From positions 80,290,001 to 80,354,000 of the forward strand of contig NC_059428.1 in assembly GCF_021028975.2 (NCBI RefSeq): a stretch of 64,000 nt of DNA. Reading direction: 5' to 3'. This DNA is from Sphaerodactylus townsendi (Eukaryota). The position numbers and the translations under genes are program-made. The notes beneath the pieces were generated by a model. The model did no database searches. It was not told the DNA's origin and worked only from the letters and a program-made list of their open reading frames with translations. Below, piece after piece: positions 48,376-59,800 of the stretch. How positions within the stretch are numbered: the stretch's first letter is position 1; every line of letters begins with the position of its first letter.

Positions 48376-50600
48376 ATAGAATAATCCCATTAATGAAATC
48401 TCTCCTTTTTCTGGTTGCCTAAAGCAAAGGGAACTGAACAGTTCAATGGTTCCCTAAAATCCTAGTCTTACCAGCCTCCCCAAAAGATCCTAGTCTTACT
48501 AGCCTCTCCACTAGCAATAGGCCAGTCTCTACAGAGATGCCATAAGTCCGCCCTTCTACCCTTAAACTTTCCACTGCTTTGGAAGATAAAAGTATACATT
48601 AATAAGTGAATTACAAATATGCAGCCTGCAAAATAATTATTGTACTTACTCAATGCTCTAATGTTATGAGAACCATTGTTTCTTTATATTTTGAGGTACA
48701 GTGTTTGTGCATCTCTCAATTAATGACCTAAACAACACATCACAGAAATGTCTGAGAAATGTGTATCATAGTGCACTACTGGAATGTCAGGAAATCATTT
48801 ATTCCAAACTCTTTGTTTACCAAGTGCATTTATCTTCAAAAAGTAAAAAAATATCCTTGCCAATGTGATAATCCCAAAAAGAACCAAAAGTCATGGTTAT
48901 AACAAACAGAAAATGTCTGATATAATGAAACTTATTCTTTTCCACAGTGCCTCCTCCATACAACTGCTCTGAATAAGTCACACAGAATACCCTCAAGGGT
49001 CTGCGTAATTTTCTTTGACATTTCAGTGAAAGGACAAGTTGCATGTGGCAAGTGACTTTTTCCTGACACCTGGGTGACAGCTTAAGACAGCATTTATTGT
49101 GCAATGTCAGCAATATGTCATGTGAACCCAAATAGGTACTTTAGACAAGAAAAAGTAATTTATGATCTGAATGCTTATAGTTTAACAAGAAAGCATGTTT
49201 TACATTGCCTTCCTAAATAATATTACATCCTTCTAAATCAATTAAGGTCAATAGATATCTTATACATGCAAAAGGTTTGTCTTAAGAATATCAGAAAAAT
49301 TAATCATACTTGTGCTATAGGCTTTACTATGGAATGTAAGCCTGACTTGGATAATTTTTCACAGGCCAAAACCCAATAAGGGCCAATGCACACTCTCAGT
49401 GGTGTGGGAGCCATTTTTCTATGGAATGAACCCATGTCATTTCACAAATATGTGTGCAAAGTAGCCATATGAGCACGGCCAATGTACTTGAAACAGTGGG
49501 GCATGTGAGGTGAAATATAAATACAGTAAAAAAATTAATTGTGGTGTTCTGGATAGGGACACATCACAAAACTGTAACTAAAATTCTTGTTGTTTTACTT
49601 TAAGGAAGCATTTTCTTATAATCTGTTACAGAAAGTTCAAGGGGCACCTTGGAAATTCTTTGGCCTGCAAAGCACATTCCATCTGATAGGAAGGCTCTAT
49701 TAATGTCTAACTTCACAGCTTCTGAACTCTCTTTCCCTTCCTTTTCCCTCAGTATCCAGTTCAAAATTATGCCTCTAGTCCCATGCTGCAATCAACCACA
49801 ACAGGTGGTTTATGCCTCAACAGGGGAAGACAGAAACCATTCCAGTAGCCCCAAATGCAGCTTTTTAATTAAAGAACACAAACCTAATTGCAAATTAAAA
49901 GGAATGCAGAAGCGTTCTGGCAATTATTTACACAATGCAATTACTCCACTCCCTCCGACAACCAGGCTTTCTTTGAGAAAATCAGCTGGGACCTCCAAGC
50001 ATACCATAGACTTCAAATGAACTTCACAGAGCACAGGGCCAAAAAGCAACTGTTTTCTATCAAAAAGTGAAAGTGTCTGGAAGTCTTGCCATGAGGGAGA
50101 CCCTTAGATCATCAACCACCCCCTGGTACCCACCAAGGGTAACAACAACAGCCATCAAAAAAGAAAATGGAAAGCAAACACAGTGAATTAAGCTGCGCAC
50201 GAAATTCGTGACAAAAGTTTTGGTGAAATTTCAAACAGAGAGCTGAATTGCGAAGCCTTTCCACTGGCCTCATTTATAGTTATTGCTTTTTAACTGCTGG
50301 AACCTGGCTTCTACAGACATCTGCAGAATACAGCCAATATAGGGAAATGGCCTGTTGCTTCTTCCTTCCAGCCATGTTATTGATATTTTAGAAGAGTAAT
50401 TGAACTTCTCAGTGTTGACTTTTCTCCTTGAACTACTTTCCCCTGTTGATCAGCATGTTTGGGGGCATATGCTGAAATAACCCTAAATCCTAGAATTATA
50501 GAAGATACAATTCTGCTTAAATTTTACCAAGTCTTCTCATTAATTTACTGTTATTTAAGAATACATTCTATAAAAATTAAACCAGTTATGTTGTTTCTTT

Positions 50601-50741
50601 GGCTCATTCCACACATGCAGAATAAAGCACTTTCAAACTGCTTTCAATGCTCTTTGAAGCTGTGCGGAATAGCAAAATCCACTTGCAAACAGTTGTGAAA
50701 GTGGTTTGAAAACACATTATTTTGCGTGTGCAGAAGGGGCC
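50601..50741. mobile_element. Harbinger-like MITE, same family as 1524-1659
   Basis: GGCTCATTCCACACATGCAGAATAA...TTATTTTGCGTGTGCAGAAGGGGCC. Confidence 0.7.
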
Positions 50742-52209
50742 ATAAAGTAATGGATTATGCTGGTATAAGAAACAGAAATGGGTGGCAGAGATACTTGCCT
50801 GAGGAAGGATGGAAATTTAGGAGAAGTTCTCTGATCAAGGATTTGATTTTAGTGTAATCAGGGGAAAGAAGCTGCATAAGTGGACTTCCCTATAGGGTAC
50901 CCATGGCCATCATAGCACCTGCCAATACTTCCCCTGGCAACAGCCAAATTCTTTGGAAAGTTGGCGATTGTGTGGCTGGGCTTGTTATTGGCTGCCCTCA
51001 TTCAAATAAAATTTTTTCAAGCTGCCACTGAAGGATCAGAAGAACTGGTAAGCCTCCAGGTTTTTGGTTCTATTCTCCCTTCAGGGGCTCCTCCTTTTTA
51101 TTCCTCTTTCTCTTTCCTCCCCAGACTTTACTTTGTTCCTTTTTATTTCCATTCTGCAATTCTTTTGCAAAGTGTGCCAGCCATTTGCGGGCTAGCTCTA
51201 CCTTCTTTGGCAGCCATTCTGCAGTGGTGTTTATCACCATTCCAGAGTTGCCCATAGTCTCAAAAAAGGTTAGGAATCCTTGATGTAAATCTAAATGCAC
51301 CCACTGAGTCAATGTTAGGGAAAATAACAGTGACCCCTTCCCCAAGGCTCTTGTTCTGACTCCAGAAGAGATAATGACTATCACTGTAACAATGTATTAT
51401 GTGTCTACTGAAGTGTATCCTCCATTGTTTTTACTGATGCATTAAATGAATAGCTTTGCTTTTAATCTGCAGTAGATCTCCTTTCTGTATAAAAGATTTT
51501 TTTAAAAAAATGCTTCTACATGGAAAAATGAGAAGAAAACTTTTTAAAAGAGTGTTTCATGCCAAAAAGAGAATTCTCAGTAACTAGGACATATGCTACT
51601 TTTCTGAAAATGTGTGACTTAATAGCTAAGTCTTCATGGATTAAAAACAGAAAAATAAGGTTTAGCAAACAGAGAACATGACTGGAATACAGGTTAAGCA
51701 AGAAGAAACAGTTTCTTGCAGCAAGAGTCTGTGTCATGCTGTATAGAAGATGCCAGACTTTCAGCATAACACACTAAGTGCTTTTGCCAGCATGCAACTA
51801 AAACTGTCTTGGTCTAAGGATGCCCTTAGATAATTAGTTCAAAACGAATCCATTACCTATCACATTTTACTTTTGAAAGCTACTGCTTAAGTTCCCATTC
51901 CAAAGCAATGGGGTAATGTCCACACAGCATGGATAACACAGGGAGACATTTTTGCTGCTTGTAGAATAGACATTCTCTTACCAGCAGTCAACATTATACA
52001 CTGTGTGTTAGTTTCCTAGCCTGAACACAATATTATGAACCAGCTCTAGTGTTATTAATTTTTAAAGAACATCCTTTTAAGCTAGCAAAAAGTCAAAAAT
52101 ACATTCATGGTACAGGCATGGCAAAACAATTTTTTTTAAAAAAACGAATTGTTTTGGGAATTAGTACAGGGCCAGTTCCAGAATATGACCTACTGGTTGG
52201 GAAATCAAT

Positions 52210-52504
52210 CACTTCAGTGGATGCGCTTCATGTACTCATAGGTGGACGCACAAAACATCAGGATGATGATGAAGAAGAAATTCTTGGCTGTTGGTCAATA
52301 AAAGGTGGGAGTATATTTAATTATTGTGAGCCAGATTCTTGTGATTGTGACTAAAGAGGCTGAAGAAGACAAGCAGTTGAAAGTATTGGTTTTTCCCGGT
52401 CAATACTCCCACCTTCTATTGACCACAAGCCAAGAATTTCTTCATCATCATCCTGATGTTTTGTGCGTCCACCTATGAGTAAATGAAACTCATCCACTGA
52501 AGTG
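52210..52504. repeat. ~100-bp inverted repeat with an 88-nt spacer containing a decayed hammerhead core (Penelope-like)
   Basis: Arms 52210-52314 and 52403-52504 are near-perfect reverse complements. The spacer contains CTGAAGA A GAC AAGCA GTT GAAA. Confidence 0.75.
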
Positions 52505-55500
52505 GAGTACTTACTAGCATCAGACACTTGGTATCCCTCGCATCTATACCATTAGTGGATCTCTTTGAAAGTGATACCTTTATTACAGAGACTTGATATC
52601 TTAGTATTGTCTTTGGGATCCCCTGTGTGTGTATTATTTATTGGTTTATTGTTATCTATAATATGTATACTTCGTTATTGATTAAGAGTTGTGGGTCTGT
52701 TATATGAATGTTTAAATTATTTTCATTTAAAAATAGGGTTTTTAACATCACACTAGAGCCAGACAGATTTTTCCCTTCTGTAAGCCAGTCACAGTTCTCT
52801 CAGAATTCCTCAGTCCATGCAAAGGCAGGCAATGACTAACCACCTCTGAACATCTCTTGTCTTGAGAACCTCTATAGAGTTATCATGGCACACACATTTT
52901 TAATTGAATCCCGTAGTGGTTATGCTGACCCGACTCTATGGCTTGAAGGGACTTACACTCCTACACTGTAAAGAGCCTTATCTCTTCCCCATGTATGCTA
53001 GAAATGGTGCATCCCCAATTACAGTCATTACTACTATGCTAGAAGCAGGCTCAGCCACAAGCCCTGTTGTTTCTGCTGTGATACTTTTTGATGCACAAGA
53101 GACCACAATGTTGGGTATTGCAAAGAACATTTTAGATCAGTTATTTTAGACCCAGTCTGAAAAACCTACCAACATGGCCTTGAATACTTTGAAGCTTTGT
53201 AAGTCTACAAAACATGTTAAGTAGAATTGCTGCCCTTTAGCCATTTTCTTCAGCAGTGCTTAGCCAGTCTGAGAGGTTTGTAATTCACGCTGATTTACTT
53301 TGATAGGACAAGAAACCACCGGAGTAGTGTTATCCTCTTTTAATTGGTTTGTGAATCACACTGTACAAAATTAGCCAAGCCACTGCGCCAAGCTGATGTT
53401 CTTGAAAGTGCCTGCCTGATATACTTGAGAAAATACATGAATTATTACTGCGTCTGGTTTGTATGTCTGGTACAGCTTTTCAAATGAAGGGTGAAGGTAT
53501 GAGGCAGCTCTACGTCTGAGAAACACAGCAGCTATGAGAAGCACAGCAGCTAGCGTCAATGACTTGCTGCCATCTATTGACCATCCACCCTACAATATAT
53601 GGTGCTTCTTTCAGCATGACTATGAACAATTAATAAAGCAGTCCCAGTTGAGAAAATAAGATAAATTAGACTTATAAAATACAAGCAACATTTACCTGCT
53701 TAAGTTTAAGAATATCAGGGAGTCACATTTCCCACCGGGAAAGTTTGGCCTACATTTGTTTCCTGCAAGCATTGTGTATCGAAGCAGCAAACTCTCTGCC
53801 TCATTTAAGGGTGGTGGTGCAAAGGGATGTAGTCTGGCCTCAAGGACATCATGCTGATACTACCTGAGCCTGACAAATGACTTTTTTATAGATTTTTCAC
53901 TACCACCAAATCCTAGCCTTTTCTGTAAAATAAAACAAAATAAGCCAACAGCAAATATCCCTGACAAGAATTATTGCTGTTTCTAAATGAGCTATTTTTA
54001 AGGCGGTTGTTTGCCAAGACTTTAAAACAACAAATCACTTGGAACAAAATTGTCTCCCTGAAATAACAGGCTTTAGCCTGATTTCTGATAGAACATTTCC
54101 TCTTCTAAATGACATCAACAGCCTGTTATTCATTTATTTTGAAAATTTTGTATTAGACAAACACATACAGTACTAAAAAATTCATCTTCAGTGTTATCAA
54201 GTATGGCTGTTTACATATCATTCCTTGTCTGGAGATGGCAACAGCTCTTCCAAAAGTGCCAGCTCTTGGGAGGGGGGAATATTACAAAACAAGGCAAACA
54301 TTTGTATCTTGGACTATGTTTCTCACAAGAAAATTTGAAGTTGTGTCAAAACTTCATATTGTTTTGAAAAGTAAAATATATTGGTTAGATTGCTTGAGCA
54401 GGGAGACCTGAGTTAACCTCCATTCTTCCCCATGGAAGTTACTGGGTGACCTTGGAACTGTCACAGTCTCTCAGCTTAAACTACCTTCTCACAGAATTCT
54501 TAGGATAAAATGTAAAAACAACATACATCATCCTGAGCACCTTGGAGGGATAAAAAGTGAAACTTGATGCCACTTTTCACACACTCAATCTTTAAGCAAA
54601 TATAAACCAGAATTAGCTGATGCTCGTGTTCACGTTTGGATAGATGAATTTATTTATTTAGTTTTAGTTTTTCTCCCAAACAGACCTGGCCTCAGGCCTG
54701 GTGATTAAATTTTGTTAAACCTCTTAATGAACTATAATCTGGTACTTTCACACAGGACTCTCCCTTTGTAGTTCTTCTGTAGGAGAATGGCAACATTTAA
54801 ATTGGTAATAGAATGTCCTGGAAGACTGAAATGTTCTCACGCTATTTTTTTATAACCATGTCTAAAGTTAGATTTGTATCTATTTATTCTTTTGTACGGG
54901 GAATGAAATCTTGTCCAATGTAGAGACTGTAAGAAAATTGTCAAAATATAGTGACATATATTAGAGAATGAGCATGTGAATTAGGTCAAAATGATATAGT
55001 TGATCTTATTAGAACTTGTAATAATATTCCCTGAGTGTGCATGGGAACAAATTTGTATCATATAGCCTTCTGGAATTGAATCAGCTGACTGCCTTATTAT
55101 TTTGCATTTTTATTTTAAAAATATGTGAGGTGATGACATTTCTGGGTCAACATCTTTTAAGATATTCCTGATTCTATAAATGAGCTCCAAATTCTTCCAT
55201 CGCTGACAACCACATTTTGGCAACAGGAAGCTATTCACTTCAGGTTTATATTCAAAATGTAGAATACTTACTGCTGAAATAGTAAGAGGCATGGCCACTC
55301 ACCATAGGCATGATCTAAAGTGTTATGCCTGGTTTCCTATTTTTGCCAAGGGAGTTTCCTCCTTTTACACACAAGGATGTCTCACTGCACATTTGACTAT
55401 TGTATATAACCCCTCCCCCCCCCCGAATTAGTACATGAGGTATCACATATATAGGGTAAACAAGGTTTTGTTCATCATTTATCTCTATTATTAAAATCCT

Positions 55501-55842
55501 ACATGGGAGTTTTTTAGTATAGGTTGTTGCTAACAGGTATCATCTAAGGATTACCAGAATTGCGGGCAACTCTAGTTTGATTCCAAAGTTTGCTAGTAAT
55601 GTCCTGCCTTCATAGCATCACATAAACTCAGTTAAAATTAGATACCACAAGGCACAAGCAAAATTTACATGGCCAATTACATGCCTATTTTCCTGAGATC
55701 AACTCCTTTTGCACAACTCTGTGTCTACTAGCTTGTCCAACCTAAGGCAAATGGTATAACTTCTGCTAGCAGTCAGTGCAAGTCACTCCAATCTGTGCAA
55801 GTCCCTTAAATTTCTCAGCAACTTCCCCCGCCCCCCCAGGTG

Positions 55843-55975
55843 ATGGTGGGATTCGGCAGGTTCGCACCACTTTGACAGAACCTATTGTTAAAATGGTGCT
55901 TGTAAACAGCCAGTTGTTAAATTATTTGAATCCCACCACCGGAGCTGGTTGTTAAATTATTTGAATCCCACCATT
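55843..55975. mobile_element. Short hAT-type MITE (second copy at ~60893-60992)
   Basis: GGTGGGATTC...GAATCCCACCA inverted termini with a duplicated 3' terminal segment. Confidence 0.6.
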
Positions 55976-56389
55976 CCCCCACCCCCCAATTGCAATGGCA
56001 ATTCCCAAACCAGCTTTATCAATAGGGGATGCTCCCTGGACCTTTAGAATATCATCTAAGTAGCATGTAACATTAATACTACCTGATGCTTGTCAGGATG
56101 TCCACTCCAGCACTGTACTAAATTTTCAAAGGCTGAACAAGTCAAGGAGCAGCCCATGAGGAATGCCTTATCAAAATAATATTGCACCTCAAACTAGAAA
56201 CCTAATAAACCAAAATTGTTCAGGTACATAGGCAACAACCTGAACATTTTCCTAGCAAAGCTTCCTGACTGCAGTCCCAAACCATAGCTTTGGGCGGGCA
56301 GTGGGGGCCATTTTGCAGCAGCTGCACTGGCCAGAGGGGTGTTGTTTCGCCAGGCAGTGGCACATTGGGGTGAGGCCATTGCTCAGTAG

Positions 56390-58135
56390 TAGATCATTTG
56401 TTAAAGCGAGCTGGGAGGGAACATGGAAGCCAGAGGCTCTTGCTTAGGAACAGTTGGCTCTGATTAATGTTACAACCCCCCCCCTTTTTTTCCCCTCCAC
56501 CTGGGTCACAGTTTGGGCATCAATCAGCCAGGCATCAGTGCATTAGGGGCTGCAACTCTACCCCTCCTTCCTCTGTGCATAGCATCTTTTGTGATTTTTT
56601 TTAAAAGGGGAGCTATTGAATGTTTATTTTGAACAATAATACTGATAGTTCCTGTTATCTTACGTGAATCTTTTTGGAATAGTGTGTTTACATGAGCAGC
56701 TTGTTTGATCATTGGAAATATAATGGTACCTAAGCCAAGGTTCCAAGGAACTAGGTCCTGTGACCCCGTCGCAGCAAGAGCTTCAAAGAGGGGGCAGGCA
56801 AATCTGAGAAAGCACGGATACTTGCCCAGCAGCAGTAGGCCCACGCCTGCCCCCATGCTGCCCCAAGGCAAACCCTCAACCCCGCGGACAGCTCAGGCTG
56901 TGGCAACTGCGAGCACTCACAGAACAAAGAGGGGTAAGGGCACTTCACCGCCACCCAGAGCAGGGGCAAGGACTAAGGCCACACTCCCGGCCCCTAGCCC
57001 AGGTACCCTGGCAGTTGTCCCCTTGCTAGTGGGCTCTTTGGGGCATAGTGGCACCCCGCCCACCCCCGCCACCCCAAATTCATGGGTTGCAATGGGTAAC
57101 TTGCTAATGCAAGGTATGGTAAAAACACTCGTCCAGTTCCCTCAGAATCCTAACTGGACGCCGAGCGAACCCCCTCTCCCCAGCACTAGTGCGCAAGCTT
57201 CTAGCCCTGATCCACAGAAGGGTTCCCCAGGGGAAAAATTTCTGCTTCATCCCTACAGGATGGCAGGAAAACCTTCAATGACTCAGCGTCTTCTATAGAA
57301 AGGGAGAGTGTGTCATGGGCTCCTGCCACCCATCCAAGGAAGAAAAGCAGGAAGTTGTCTCACTGGAGAGCTCATCATCAGGCTACGGAGAGCTCGTCGT
57401 CCTATGAGGACTCCTCTGATGAGGACTTTGCCCATGCAGATGGAGCATATTGAGCAGCAATGGGTGGGTTCCCCCTCACTGCCTCCTGTTTTAGCCAAAC
57501 TGATGGACACGAGCCTGGCTTCCTTTGCAGAGGCTCCACTCCACCCCCACAGGCCTGGATAATGACATAGCAGACACCCTATCCCACTCCCAGGTGGAGA
57601 GGTTCCGAGCCCTGGCTCCTGAGGCCAAGGCCCTGCTGGAGCAGTTCCCACATGAGCTTTGGAACATTGGCGACACTGGATAGGACTTAGGATGCTCAAG
57701 TCACTAGCCCCTTCCACTTGGCACACATACCAGGGCACGCAGCATGGCTTTTTAGATTTTCAGAAGGTCCATACTAGCCAGGTCTTGGAAGCTTTCCACG
57801 AGGGATCTCTCCTGAAGTACTTGGACCATCTCCGGTGCACCGGACAATCAGCTAAGACTTTATGTTTATTCTTAGCAGCAGTGGCATTTTTTTTTTTGCA
57901 AGGTCTCATGGTTGCTGATCCTTCACGCTCTTTTCTGGCATGGCAAACTGTTAAGGGATGGGATGGGCCTCAGCCAGGAGACGGGATGGTTGTCATCCCA
58001 TCACACTGGACCTGTTGTCACAGCTAGCAACCATCCTAAAGTTTGCTTTCATCAGTATTAGAAGCTACTGTTTAGGGTGGCATTCTCATTGGCATTCTTT
58101 GGCGCAGCATCAAAATTGTGGCTGCTTCCAGGTGA
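56390..58135 (+). mobile_element. Internally deleted Ngaro-type element (5'/gag part joined to RNase H end and YR N-terminus)
   Basis: Pro-rich ORF 56705-57298, then GLDNDIADTLSHSQVERFRALAP..LWNIG (RNase H end) overlapping EHWRHW..KSLAPSTWHTY...DPSRSF..HPITLDLL (YR). The RT core is absent and the element is truncated by a MITE. Confidence 0.8.
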
Positions 58136-58140
58136 TATTA

Positions 58141-58731
58141 CCGTATATGCTCGTGTATAAGCCGAGTTTTTCAGCCCTGTTTTAAGGCTGAAAAATGCCC
58201 CCTCGGCTTATATACGAGTCACTGCTTACCAGCAGGCTCTTCAGGCCTCTGCCGAGGCTGGGGGCGTGGCCGAGACAACCTCCCTGCAGCTGCACAAGCT
58301 GCTTGTTCCTGCCCTCCTGGGAGGGTGAAGGGGAACCCTGGCTGGCTGGGCTTCCTCAATGACTCCCCCCCCGACACGTTCAAATAAGGAGCTCCCTCCA
58401 CCTCCTGGCTGCCTGGGCTTCCTCAAACCCAGTGGGAGGTGGAGGGAGCTCCTTATTTGGGCAGTGATTCCCCCTGATGTCATTGCTCAAATAAGGAGCT
58501 CCCTCCACCTCCTGGCTGCCTGGGCTTCCTTAAACCCAGCCGGGAGGTGGAGGGAGTTCCTTATTTGGGCAATGACATCAGGGGGAGTCACTGCCCAAAT
58601 AAGGAGCTCCCTCTGCATCCCGGCTTCCCACCTTTGGCTTATATGTGAGTCAATACGTTTTCCCAGATTTTGGTAGTAAAATTAGGTGCCTTGGCTTATA
58701 CACGAGTCGGCTTATACAGGAGTTTATATGG
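58141..58731. mobile_element. Tc1/mariner-pogo (Tc2/Tigger-like) MITE with TA TSD
   Basis: TA|CCGTATATGCTCGTGTATAAGCCGA...TCGGCTTATACAGGAGTTTATATGG|TA. Confidence 0.85.
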
Positions 58732-59555
58732 TATGCAGAATTTTTCCAAGGGAGTCCCAAATCATTCATTATCTACAGTACAGCATGGTTAGTAAAGGCT
58801 TTGCTTCTCAGCTCATTCTTTTCAACTTATTGAAAACAAATTGAGTCACATAGATTTATATGTTCTCTCTCCTCCTTGGGCAACTAATATTTATTCCATA
58901 CCTAATAACATCTGCATATAGCTGCACATTTTTCCTCTGCAGCATTTGCAAATGAATTGGCAAAGATTCTCCTTTCACAGCAGAGAACTTAAGTAGAGCT
59001 GAATGACATATTTGAAGAATCAATTGTAAGCCTCTTTGCATAAATTGACTGAGAAGGAACCTGAGCACAACAGCTGTTTTTATATGCCACTAGTTATACA
59101 GGAAGTATATGTGAGGAGAGTCACCACAAAAAAAAATGCATCTGAAGAAGCCTAGTGTTTTTGACACATAATTCAGAAAGAAATACATTAAGGACTAAAC
59201 CACATGTGACAGATAAAGGTCAGCATTAGAACCCCAACAGGGAAAAATAAATTAAAGAAACTGCAACTTAGTGGTTTTTCAGATGAGGGAGTTCCAGTTT
59301 TTGCTTGCAACTCTTCCCAAACCCACTTTCCCTTCAGCAATGATACAGGCACATTTTACTTTTGCAAACATATGTCTAGAATCCTGCACAGGAGAAGTGG
59401 CTTGGAGAAAGTTGCAGGGAAAAGCAAGTGAAGAGTGTTAAGCACATGTGGTTCAGCACTTCGAACCTCCTCCCAAAGCTACTTATCCCTACGAATTGCT
59501 GTTATCTGATTAGTCTTCCTGGGCATATATCACTGATATTTAAAAGCAACATAAA

Positions 59556-59800
59556 GGCTATTTCTGCACGGTCAAAATATCCTGGGTTGAGCAAGAGAAA
59601 TATCCCGATCTGGCCAAGAAGTTTGCATGTTTCCAGGTCCTAATGCAGGTTTGCCCCGCAATATTTCCCTCATCCCGGGGTATTCAAAAATTGCCAAAAT
59701 GGCAATCCTTTTTAAAAATCCAGCATTGAATCGCATTGAATCGCTTCTTTGCGAAAGCCCTCACCCACCCAACCCAAAGTGGGTTATGAAAATCCAGAAA
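59556..59800. mobile_element. Harbinger-like MITE fragment
   Basis: Begins GGCTATTTCTGCACGG, similar to the other Harbinger TIRs in the window. Right end not found. Confidence 0.45.
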
